A program made the position numbers and the translations under genes. Under the pieces are notes generated by a model, which was given only the letters and a program-made list of their open reading frames with translations, was not told where the DNA came from and searched no databases. Of a stretch of DNA of 64,000 nucleotides, positions 55,969 to 64,000 are shown piece after piece (the first letter of the stretch is position 1; the number at the start of each line of letters is the position of its first letter). Source of the DNA: an uncultured Candidatus Saccharibacteria bacterium (lineage in GTDB: Bacteria > Patescibacteriota > Minisyncoccia > Minisyncoccales > Staskawiczbacteraceae); NCBI GenBank assembly GCA_964483475.1, contig CAZAAH010000002.1, forward strand, positions 31,641 to 95,640, given 5' to 3'.

Positions 55969-56883
55969 CTATCTACTTAAATATCTTTGGAACCATTGGT
56001 CAGTTTTTTTTATACCCTCTTCCAATGTAGTAGTTGGTTTCCAGTTAAGTAACTTTTTGGCCAAAGCAATATCAGCGCTCACATGCAGAGGATCTCCGGG
56101 TTTTGGCGGTAGGTAAACAACCGGTCCTCCTACAATTTGGGCAATACGTTTTACAGAATCAGAGCGGTTGGCGCTTACGTTAATAACTTCTCCGCCAATT
56201 AACTTTGGGCTTTGGGTGGCGCTTATAGCAGCCCCAATCGCATCGTCCACGTAGAAAAAGCCCCTTGTCTGCCTTCCATCGCCAAAAATAGTTAGGGGTT
56301 TTCCCTGGTGCTTAAAGTACAAAAACTTGCCCACCACCAAACCGTAATCTGAATCAAAATCTATCCTTGGCCCGTAGACGTTAAAAAATCTAAGGGAAAT
56401 AATAGGAATATTATATAGCTTGGAAAATAATTTTGCAAATTGTTCGCCCACTAATTTTTGTAAACCGTAGGGACTGATGGGATTAGGAGTTTCGGATTCC
56501 TTAAGATTTTTCTTGTGGTTATCACCGTATACTGCAGAAGATGAAATGAAAATCACCCTTTTTACTTTTGCCCGGGCAGCAGCTTCAAATACGTTAAGGG
56601 TGCCCAAAATATTCACCTTTGAGGTGAGCACGGGATCTTTTACTGAAATAGATACCCTGGGAATTGCTGCCAAGTGGAAAACATAATCTACTCCCGAAAA
56701 AAGTTTTTTTAACGCATCGGTATCACAAATATCTACCTGGTAAAAAATGGCTTTGGGGTTTAGGTTTTCTTTTTTGCCACTTGATAGATTGTCTACCACG
56801 ACAACCTCATGACCATCGCCAATGAGCCTATCAACAAGATTGCTCCCAATAAAACCAGCTCCCCCCGTAACTAAATATTTCAT
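55969..56883 (-). CDS. NAD-dependent sugar epimerase (GalE-like extended SDR)
   Basis: 304 aa with VTGGAGFIGSNL and YGLQK (YxxxK). Confidence 0.8.
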   Translation of the reverse strand: MKYLVTGGAGFIGSNLVDRLIGDGHEVVVVDNLSSGKKENLNPKAIFYQVDICDTDALKKLFSGVDYVFHLAAIPRVSISVKDPVLTSKVNILGTLNVFEAAARAKVKRVIFISSSAVYGDNHKKNLKESETPNPISPYGLQKLVGEQFAKLFSKLYNIPIISLRFFNVYGPRIDFDSDYGLVVGKFLYFKHQGKPLTIFGDGRQTRGFFYVDDAIGAAISATQSPKLIGGEVINVSANRSDSVKRIAQIVGGPVVYLPPKPGDPLHVSADIALAKKLLNWKPTTTLEEGIKKTDQWFQRYLSR

Positions 56884-56888
56884 AATTA

Positions 56889-58232
56889 TTACTTTTTAAT
56901 ATCTTGTAATATTTGTGCCACAGCAGAATTTGCCAAGTCTTTTCTTTTTATAATCCTGGGTTTGCCCGACTGCTCTTCCGGAGTTTCATTAACAAATTCG
57001 TGGGCAAGGCCAAGAGCATTCATATTGAGCATTGAATGCGTTCCTCCGACAACCTCGTTAAGTTGAGGCAAAGAAGCATTTTGATCTCTTGATTGCCTGA
57101 TTTTCTGGACTTCTTTAAACGTTTTTTCGGTTAGCCTTAAATTTGCCACCGGGCTTTTGCTGCCTACCCAATATTGGAAGTTCCCACTCACTTCTATTTC
57201 GCTTAATTTTTGGGCATCAAACTGTTGTTTTGACAAGAGAAGAATTGTTTCCCAATCAAGCTTCGTTTCTTCTTTGTTGCTTTTTGAACCTTGTCTTAAT
57301 ACCTTGATTCGTGCTTCAGGATCAAGCGTAACATTCTTGCTTTCACCAATACCAAATTGCCACGCTAACTTTGCCAACCCTTTTTCTTCCAACCCCAAAG
57401 GCTCAATTACGACAAGGTTATGGATCATATCTTTTACCTCGGGGTCTTGTGAAAATTTGTGGGCGGCTTCAAGGACAATACTTCCCCCGGCAGAATAACC
57501 AACCATGTTGCACGTTTTAAAACCAAGTTTCTCAACGAGTTTTTTTGTCACTTCGGCATGAAGGCTAAAATCTCCACGTTCGCGAAGGGTTTGTGCTAAG
57601 TCTGCCGGTTTTTCAACTTCCTGCTGTTCAAGATGCATAGGGATATACACCTTTTGTCCGGTTAACGCCATCGACATGACTGCGCACCCGTTTTGCTGGG
57701 CGGTTGACCTGACGCCTCCCCAAAAAAGATATGGCGTCCTTTCGTCTTCTTCCCCGATTTTGTTTTCAGCTTCTTTTTTCAAGTCCAACACTGTAACCGG
57801 AATGACAAACCTGCCAAACGATGTCTCAATTTCAACCCGTTCCACATTTTTTTCCAATTGTCGTTCAAGTTCATCAAGATTTTTTTGTGCCTCGTTCGCC
57901 TTTACACGTAATTCTTTTAACAGATCTTTTTTATCTGTTGCGTCTTCTCCCTGTTTCTCAGCATCTTGTATTTCTTTGCGGAGGATTTTGTAGGCTTTAT
58001 AGATCTGCCCGCGTTCATAACGGGTGGACTCGCCCCTTTCAACGGTGCCACCTTTCACGTGAGATTCTCTCGTTTGATATTCAGAAACCAGTGTTTCTCC
58101 CCAAGATTTTTGGGTGTGTTTCTCTTCAAGATCTTTAGCTATGTGCTTTAACTGCTCTGATATTTCTTTTTGCTCGGAAGTTTCTGTTAAATCTTTTTCT
58201 ACGTTACCTTCCAAACTTTCTTGATTTACCAT
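56889..58232 (-). CDS. Alpha/beta-hydrolase-fold protein with charged coiled-coil N-terminal region
   Basis: 447 aa. The first ~140 aa are E/K-rich, followed by a GxSxG nucleophile elbow (VGYSAGGSIVLE). Confidence 0.5.
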   Translation of the reverse strand: MVNQESLEGNVEKDLTETSEQKEISEQLKHIAKDLEEKHTQKSWGETLVSEYQTRESHVKGGTVERGESTRYERGQIYKAYKILRKEIQDAEKQGEDATDKKDLLKELRVKANEAQKNLDELERQLEKNVERVEIETSFGRFVIPVTVLDLKKEAENKIGEEDERTPYLFWGGVRSTAQQNGCAVMSMALTGQKVYIPMHLEQQEVEKPADLAQTLRERGDFSLHAEVTKKLVEKLGFKTCNMVGYSAGGSIVLEAAHKFSQDPEVKDMIHNLVVIEPLGLEEKGLAKLAWQFGIGESKNVTLDPEARIKVLRQGSKSNKEETKLDWETILLLSKQQFDAQKLSEIEVSGNFQYWVGSKSPVANLRLTEKTFKEVQKIRQSRDQNASLPQLNEVVGGTHSMLNMNALGLAHEFVNETPEEQSGKPRIIKRKDLANSAVAQILQDIKK

Positions 58233-58248
58233 ATTTTTATGAGTTACC

Positions 58249-59283
58249 TCATTGATTTACAAATAATTTTCTGGCTTCGTTCCAAATTTCTGGCATATGC
58301 TGTGTTGTTTTCATCCAGTACCACCACTCGGCTCCCCAGAGATAAAATGTATCAAGACCAGTTTTTTTGGCATAACTGATGTTTGCTTTGAACTGTGAGA
58401 GATTCATGGTTTTTTCCTGTTCTGAAAGCGGTAAATCGTAGAAAAGCACCGGGCCCCACGGTTCAGCCTGCAGTTCGCCGCAAATGACTTTTTTATGGAA
58501 AAAGTAGTTTACCATTTCCGCTTTAGCGTAGTAAAACTTAGGCGGCAGAGGATAGGTTGAATAAAAACCGGGGTTAGCAATAGGAATACCGAAGCTTGAA
58601 ACATTTACCCAGGCCCTTCTGTACATCGTGGTTGCCAGCTCGTCACCAATCTTAGCAGCATCAAGCCACCATGACAACTCACCCGAATCTGAAACGATTA
58701 CCGGATGATCGGGATCTAAGGACTTTACTAATCTTACCTCTTGGACCAAAAGTTGATCGCTATCGTAATACCAGGAGGGGCAACTTCCGAACTTCAACAA
58801 GGGCTCATTTTCAACTTGCCAGTACACCAGTGCTTTAGAACTTTTGTACCTTGTAACAACCTCTTGGACATACTTTAATAACTCGCCCCGCTGCTCTTCT
58901 TTTGATAAATTATGAGCCCAGCTCGGCGCGTGACATTCCGGCCAGCGACCGGTTTTCATCCCTACTACGTACGTTATGCTGACATGGCGAGCTTCTGCCT
59001 GCTGCATTTGCCAATCAATATCTTTAAAATAAAATTCATCCCTTTTCCCCTCTACCCAATCCCATTGGGTAAGCAGCTTGATATTCTTTGCGCCTAAATC
59101 ATCCATCATTGCCAAGTATGTTTCTTTCCAATTAAGTTTTAAGTTTTCAGCTTGCATCTGGGAAAAATTAACCCCCCAGGTAATTTTTTTTTGTTCTGGA
59201 GCTCCTCCCCAAAAAAGGTACAAAAACAGACAAAGAACAAGTCCTATAAAAATAATAAAAATAATTTTAACTATCTTATTCAT
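58249..59283 (-). CDS. Membrane-anchored clan GH-A (TIM-barrel) glycoside hydrolase
   Basis: 344 aa with an N-terminal TM helix, an acid/base motif WQVENEP and a candidate nucleophile segment GELQAEPW. Confidence 0.55.
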   Translation of the reverse strand: MNKIVKIIFIIFIGLVLCLFLYLFWGGAPEQKKITWGVNFSQMQAENLKLNWKETYLAMMDDLGAKNIKLLTQWDWVEGKRDEFYFKDIDWQMQQAEARHVSITYVVGMKTGRWPECHAPSWAHNLSKEEQRGELLKYVQEVVTRYKSSKALVYWQVENEPLLKFGSCPSWYYDSDQLLVQEVRLVKSLDPDHPVIVSDSGELSWWLDAAKIGDELATTMYRRAWVNVSSFGIPIANPGFYSTYPLPPKFYYAKAEMVNYFFHKKVICGELQAEPWGPVLFYDLPLSEQEKTMNLSQFKANISYAKKTGLDTFYLWGAEWWYWMKTTQHMPEIWNEARKLFVNQ

Positions 59284-60302
59284 GCTTTTACCAGATTCTC
59301 TATGAAACGTTTACCAGAAGCTTCAAGGGAAAACTGCAGTGCCTTTTCCCGGCATTTTTGGGATGAAAGCTTCAAACAGGCAAGCGCAGCGCGTTCAAGG
59401 TTTTCGTCTAAAAAACCGACGTCTGGCGTAATAACATCTTTTAATTCCATCACGTCGTGAGCTGCAACCGGAATACCACACGAGAGCGCTTCAATAATCG
59501 CAAGTGGAAAAGTGTCGGTACATGAGGGAAAAACAAAAACGTCGCAAACAGAGAGGAAATCAATGAGTTCTTGCCCTTTTTTGTAGCCAACAAATAACGT
59601 TTGTTTGCCATACTTTTTTCGCAAATAATTTCCGTAGGGACCACCTCCTACCACCAGCTTGGTACCCGGTAAGTTACACTGAAAAAATTCTTCTACGTTT
59701 TTTTCTTTTGCCAATCTACCAAAGTAAACGAAGACCGGGGGTTGTAGGTTATATTTTTTTCTGATGTCAGAGTCCTCATTCTTTTTAAAAAAGTTGGTAT
59801 CTACCCCTAATGGCCAAAAGACAAGATTTTTAAAGCGCTTTCCAGCTAATTCGTTCATAAATTTTTCGGTAATAACCATCGTCCTTGATGCTTTGCCATG
59901 AAACCACCGTAAATATCGGTATACTACATCAGCAGGAAATTGCAGGTTGATTTTGGTGTAATGCCGTATATAAAAGGGATAATGAGTATGGTAAGACGTG
60001 GTAAACTTAAGCTTTTTTTTCAGGCAGATATCACGGGTGGCAAAGCCAATGGGACCTTCGGTGAAAATGTGGATGTATTCTGGATTTTCCTGTTCTAACA
60101 TTTTTTCTATCTTACGGCTTACAAAGAGGGCAATTTTTGCTTCGTTATAAAAAATAAAGGGCACGTTACGAAAAAGATTGGGGTGGATAATGGTTACCTG
60201 AAAACCATTTTTTTCCAAAAAATTTTTGGTGTCTTGTATGCAACGCACGACACCGTTGACCTCCGGATGCCAGGTATCGGTTGCAAAAATAATTTTTTTC
60301 AT
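59280..60302 (-). CDS. Family 4 (GT-B, group 1) glycosyltransferase
   Basis: 340 aa with PSCTDTFPLAIIEALSCGIPVAAHD (E-x7-E region). Confidence 0.8.
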   Translation of the reverse strand: MKKIIFATDTWHPEVNGVVRCIQDTKNFLEKNGFQVTIIHPNLFRNVPFIFYNEAKIALFVSRKIEKMLEQENPEYIHIFTEGPIGFATRDICLKKKLKFTTSYHTHYPFYIRHYTKINLQFPADVVYRYLRWFHGKASRTMVITEKFMNELAGKRFKNLVFWPLGVDTNFFKKNEDSDIRKKYNLQPPVFVYFGRLAKEKNVEEFFQCNLPGTKLVVGGGPYGNYLRKKYGKQTLFVGYKKGQELIDFLSVCDVFVFPSCTDTFPLAIIEALSCGIPVAAHDVMELKDVITPDVGFLDENLERAALACLKLSSQKCREKALQFSLEASGKRFIENLVKA

Positions 60303-61594
60303 TTTTTGCCAGTTATAATTCTTTCTATATTATAAGTGCCCAATATTTTGGTTTCAACGAATCCCTGCATTGCCATTTCGGCTAAATCTCCAGCATTGAT
60401 TAAATCAAAAAGCCATTCGCTGGTATATTTTGGATTTTCCTGAAGAATGGCTGAACCAGTATGTATTAACCACCTCCTGTTAAAATCTTCCTGAGATCCA
60501 ATGGACGGCTCAATAATGATGGGTATTCCCAGGCCAGAATAAAAAGAAAGTTCTGATGGTTTTGTCATTAAAATATCGGTTGTCCTAAGGGCTTTGTTGA
60601 ATTTTTCAAAATAATCAGGCATATTTTTACCAGATAATATATGGAGCCAGCCGTCCATTTTTAAATCCTTAACATTATTTTCAAAATACTTTTTCAATTC
60701 GGGCCTCGTGCCCACCGAAATAATGAATCTTAATTCCTTGGCCCTAATTTTTTCTTTTAAGTCGTTAATTATTCCAGCCGCTATTTCTTTTTGGGCTCCA
60801 GCTCCTCCAATGGAAAACATTACTGTTAAAGGATGGTTTGGCAATTTAGGAAGCTCTCCCAAATATCCTTTTATCAAAGGTTTATACATTTTACGATACC
60901 TGCCACTAGGATCAAGATTTAAAAGGCGATAACTTAAATCCTTCTTTAAAATTTCCATATTTTGGCCGCCGATGTTTTCTTTTGGCAAAGGATAGCCGGT
61001 CAAAAAAATATTTTCTGGTTTTACGCCATATAGAATTAACCTATCCCTAGCCCAGTTGCACGGAGCAAAGTATTTAATGCGGCTTTTTTTAGGATTTATG
61101 GGAACCCATTGCCTTGAAATATCGGCGTCGCAGATGACGCAATAAATGTCGTTGGGATAATCAAATTCTTCCGCCATAAAAGCAGGGGTAAAGAACGTGG
61201 TGATCAGCGGCAGAGGATTTTTTTTAAAGTTTTCTATCAAATCTTGGCCCCAGCCTCTTTTTATATAGCTAAAAACAACTTTTCCGCCAATATTTGACTT
61301 GGAAAGATCTCTTTTTGGATAGTAGCCTAAAATTTTTTGGAAGCTGTCAAAAAACAAAAATGTGATCAAACCTATTATAGGTATCCTCCTGAAGCGAGAA
61401 ATAAATTCGTAAAAAGATCGTGTCGTTTGCCAAATTTTTTGGTCTTTTTTGGGAATGCCTTTGTACTTGTTAGCATTGATAATACCCGAAAAAGCAATAT
61501 CTTTTAAAGGATAAGCCGTTCTTTGGTGTCCGTAGCCCATATCCACTGTTACAACCCAAGCTTTGCCCAAATTATTTTTTTTCTTGATAATCAT
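60299..61594 (-). CDS. GT-B glycosyltransferase, MGDG-synthase/UgtP (GT28)-like, tentative
   Basis: 431 aa with N-terminal VVTVDMGYGHQRTAYPL (compare the G-x-GH motif of MGDG_synth) and C-terminal TKPSELSFYSGLGIPII. Confidence 0.5.
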   Translation of the reverse strand: MIIKKKNNLGKAWVVTVDMGYGHQRTAYPLKDIAFSGIINANKYKGIPKKDQKIWQTTRSFYEFISRFRRIPIIGLITFLFFDSFQKILGYYPKRDLSKSNIGGKVVFSYIKRGWGQDLIENFKKNPLPLITTFFTPAFMAEEFDYPNDIYCVICDADISRQWVPINPKKSRIKYFAPCNWARDRLILYGVKPENIFLTGYPLPKENIGGQNMEILKKDLSYRLLNLDPSGRYRKMYKPLIKGYLGELPKLPNHPLTVMFSIGGAGAQKEIAAGIINDLKEKIRAKELRFIISVGTRPELKKYFENNVKDLKMDGWLHILSGKNMPDYFEKFNKALRTTDILMTKPSELSFYSGLGIPIIIEPSIGSQEDFNRRWLIHTGSAILQENPKYTSEWLFDLINAGDLAEMAMQGFVETKILGTYNIERIITGKK

Positions 61595-61614
61595 TCTTGA
61601 ATTATAACAAAGAT

Positions 61615-61643
61615 TTGCAAAATTTTAAAATATCGGTTATAAT
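61615..61643 (+). promoter_or_regulatory. Sigma-70-type promoter
   Basis: TTGCAA-17 nt-TATAAT. Confidence 0.55.
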
Positions 61644-61649
61644 CTGATT

Positions 61650-61734
61650 GTTGAATGACAAATGGGGGAGCTGGCATGGTGCCGGCAGGATGTCGTTCAA
61701 CAGCACCTTTACAAGACGTAAAGAGGGAAACAAG
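61650..61734 (+). ncRNA. Candidate structured cis-regulatory leader (riboswitch-like), class unknown
   Basis: P1 pairs 61650-61659 with 61692-61701 (10 bp, one U·G). P2 pairs 61670-61675 with 61681-61686 (one U·G). A third hairpin, 61707-61723, touches the SD (AGAGGGA). The wobble pairs are valid only in plus-strand RNA. Confidence 0.4.
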
Positions 61735-62199
61735 ATGGCCAATTTTGGAGAGTACGGCACTGCAATTCTTTGCATGGACGGAGCTTACACGGGGGGTGTA
61801 AGAAAGATAATGAAAAAAAGGCATGGTGTCAAGAATGTTGACATCATTCCGCAACCCGGAATCGTGAAAATTTTGGCAGAGGATACTGAGCTTACGCGAC
61901 TTGAAATAATCATGGAAATGATTGAAATCTCCGTGGTTAATCACAGGTCCAGGGCCATAGCAATAGCTGCTCACCACAATTGCCTGGGCAATCCGGTGAG
62001 TAAAGATTGTCAATTGAGGCAACTGCCAATGGCCTTAGCGTCTGTCCGCAGGATAATTAAAAACCTCGGATTGAACCATTTAGAGATACAATATAATCTT
62101 CTTTGGATCAACGAGAAAGGTTTACCAGAAGAGGTACACATATTCCCTCAAGGACATATTCTTGTCCGCGAATTAATCACACAACCAACAGTTGTCTAA
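61735..62199 (+). CDS. Hypothetical protein with a beta-carbonic-anhydrase-like Cys/His/Cys pattern (tentative)
   Basis: The ATG at 61735 has an AGAGGGA SD. The 154-aa product has ILCMDGAY (compare CxDxR) and AAHHNCLGN (compare HxxC). Its own promoter and terminator favour this strand over the antisense ORF 61591..62022. Confidence 0.35.
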   Translation: MANFGEYGTAILCMDGAYTGGVRKIMKKRHGVKNVDIIPQPGIVKILAEDTELTRLEIIMEMIEISVVNHRSRAIAIAAHHNCLGNPVSKDCQLRQLPMALASVRRIIKNLGLNHLEIQYNLLWINEKGLPEEVHIFPQGHILVRELITQPTVV

Positions 62200-62227
62200 A
62201 AAAATTCGCGAAATAGTTTGGTCAAAT

Positions 62228-62253
62228 CGCAGGAACTTCTTGCGGTTTTTTTT
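62228..62253 (+). terminator. Rho-independent terminator
   Basis: cgcagga-act-tcttgcg forms 7 bp (one G·U) and is followed by a run of 8 T. Confidence 0.7.
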
Positions 62254-62257
62254 ATGA

Positions 62258-63808
62258 CTAATATCCAAGGAAGGTCGGCTTTGATTTTTTATTAAGATAA
62301 AAAATCAAAGCCGCGACAACGACGTAATAAATAACCAGCCAAAGCCAGGAGATATTATAAAAAGGTTTTATGGCCCAGGGTTGGTAAAAAATATCCATTA
62401 TTTTTAAAAAGTAAGTTAACAAAATCCAGCATGGAAGATAAAAAACCCACCCTAAAAAATTGGAGAAAATTCCCAAAACCGACGATAAAAATCCAAAAAG
62501 CATCAGTCACCAAACAACTGGAACAATCAAAATATTGGTTAGAGGAGCAATTAAGGATAAGTTGCCAAAGTTGTAAACCATAATCGGCGTAGTAAAAATT
62601 TGAGCCGTCATGGTCACTGAAATTATTGCTAATAAATATTTTAAGCGACCCTGCAAAAATTTATTAATTACAGTTTTTGGCTCTTTTCGATTTTTGGACA
62701 ATTTATTCAAAATATTATTCAAAAAAATTTCTATAATTGGCTTTAAGTAAATAATTCCCATGGATGCTAAAAAAGAAAGTTGAAAGCCGACATCATACAA
62801 TAAAAGGAATGGATTTAACAAAAGCATCAACGAAGCCGCTAGTAAAATGACTCTTGAACTGGTACTTTGCCTGCCTAAAATTTCTGAAATTAAAAGCAAG
62901 CTTCCCATAATTCCGGCTCTGACTCCAGAAGCACTCATTCCAGTTAAAATAATGTAAATCCATATAAAAATTATTGAAACAGAGAATGCCTGCTGGCGCC
63001 AAAGGCCAATAAATAGTAAAAAGGACAATACAATTTCGCCTAAAATAATAATGTGGAGCCCGGAAATGGCGGTAAGATATCTAAGGCCTGTCCCGTTGAG
63101 TTTTTCCCTCAAATCCTGAGTCATATTTTTATTTTGGCCCAAAATGATCCCCTCCAAAAGCAAGCTTTGCGGCCTGGAAAAATTTGAATCAATAGATTGG
63201 CCCATTTTCTTTTTAAAAAATAAAGTTTTTTCGTACAAAAAAGAAAATATGTTATAATCGTGCTTTTTAGAAGTTATTTCAATTTTAGGAAAATCCATCA
63301 CCGAATAAATTCCGTCTTTTAGTAAATAATTTTTGTAATTGAAATCTTCAGAAACCATTGGCGTTTTTAAGTTTCCAGTAACTTTTACCTCATCCAAATA
63401 ATGATACTCCTGATGACGGTCAACGGTAACTAAAATAACACTTTCAGTATTATCAACTTTGAGTTTTAATTTTTGGGTGCTATCTCTAACGTCAGGTTCG
63501 TCAACAATCTTGCCAACCAAAGTTACTTTCTCTGGATTATCGTTAAATTTCCTTAACTTGTCATTTAACGCAGTAAATTCAGAAATCTGCAACCTCGTCA
63601 TACCTAAAACTAAAAACAAAATACAAAATCCTCCCACGCCAAAATTTAATTTTGGCGTGGGGGCGGACCAAAAATTAATAAAAATGAAAAATATTCCCAA
63701 AATTAAAATTCCCCAGGTAAAAACCTGGGGAATTTTAATAATTGATTGCAAAGCTATTCCTAAAATAAAAGAAAGACAAAAGAAAAAAAGGATTTTGGAT
63801 GAGGTCAT
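62258..63808 (-). pseudogene. comEC: ComEC/Rec2 competence channel interrupted by one in-frame TGA (62507-62509); no metallo-beta-lactamase domain
   Basis: The 433-aa and 81-aa ORFs are in the same frame, separated only by TGA plus one codon (...NILIVPVVW*LMLFGFLSS...). The hydrophobic Competence-domain pattern continues across the stop. Confidence 0.6.
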
Positions 63809-64000
63809 TGAGTGGCAAAAACCGTAACTTTCAATTCACCTTTTTTCAATGAATTATCTTTAACAGCTCCAAAGAGTATTTTGGCTCTGGGATCAACATT
63901 TTCAGTTATAACTTTGCTGGCGTCTTTTATTTCGTTTAAGGTAATATCGGGACCCGAAACATTAAATAAAACTCCTTTGGCTCCCTTTATGGAAAAATCC
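63805..64000 (-). CDS. ftsZ: Cell-division GTPase FtsZ (C-terminal 64 aa; N-terminus beyond the right window edge)
   Basis: Hand translation gives DFSIKGAKGVLFNVSGPDITLNEIKDASKVITENVDPRAKILFGAVKDNSLKKGELKVTVFATQ*. The stop overlaps the comEC start (ATGA). Confidence 0.85.
   Translation of the reverse strand, partial: DFSIKGAKGVLFNVSGPDITLNEIKDASKVITENVDPRAKILFGAVKDNSLKKGELKVTVFATQ

Noticed and set aside
61591-62022. The 143-aa minus-strand ORF overlapping the plus-strand ORF.
   Set aside because: Its sequence is not protein-like. The plus-strand ORF has its own promoter, SD and terminator, and the minus-strand frame is probably kept open by the locally higher GC content.
62504-62509. The in-frame TGA in comEC as evidence for an alternative genetic code (UGA = Gly/Trp, as in some candidate phyla).
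   Set aside because: TGA clearly terminates several well-defined genes at ATGA-type junctions (3340, 8359, 13106, 47655, 58249, 63805). None of the long conserved genes (secA, clpB, capD-like, htrA) is fragmented by TGA, so the standard code fits.

Overview
This is a 64-kb, AT-rich, very gene-dense bacterial window with about 60 protein genes. All but four are on the minus strand, and many overlap by 4-35 nt at ATGA-type junctions. Housekeeping anchors are secA (partial, left edge), hpf, murB, clpB, htrA, comEC and ftsZ (partial, right edge). Roughly 5.7-38.8 kb is one co-directional surface-glycan locus. It holds Wzz, a CapD/PglF-like dehydratase, DegT aminotransferases, a PglC-like initiating transferase and a minimal split transketolase. 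It also has 4 methyltransferases, 5 SDR epimerase/dehydratases, Fcl- and Gmm-like GDP-sugar enzymes, WecB, Wzy, Wzx and several unassignable GT-like ORFs. Its upstream part is a complete nonulosonic-acid module (PglD/NeuD-like, PIG-L, DegT, NeuC, WbqC, SDR, NeuB, NeuA) headed by a small HTH_17 gene. Next to the locus lie a Wzy_C-TPR 'O-antigen-ligase-like' membrane protein, a class-A beta-lactamase-like hydrolase, and a 1151-aa surface protein. That protein has a PG-binding domain, is Thr/Ser/Asn-rich and modular (S-layer-like), and has its own promoter, a ~200-nt structured leader and a strong terminator. A DeoR-HTH / ECF sigma / anti-sigma cassette precedes it. Main hypothesis (inference): these parts form a surface-protein glycosylation system ending in a legionaminic/pseudaminic-type sugar, in a small-genome Gram-positive-type organism that resembles CPR/Patescibacteria. 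Other observations include short direct-repeat operators upstream of the sigma, clpB and HTH_17 genes. There is also a candidate structured leader RNA upstream of a beta-carbonic-anhydrase-like gene. Several GC-rich ORFs carry canonical Shine-Dalgarno sites, unlike the native genes checked. comEC has an in-frame TGA, ftsZ lacks a C-terminal tail, and there are several unusual domain fusions. No rRNA, tRNA, CRISPR array, integrase or transposase was found.
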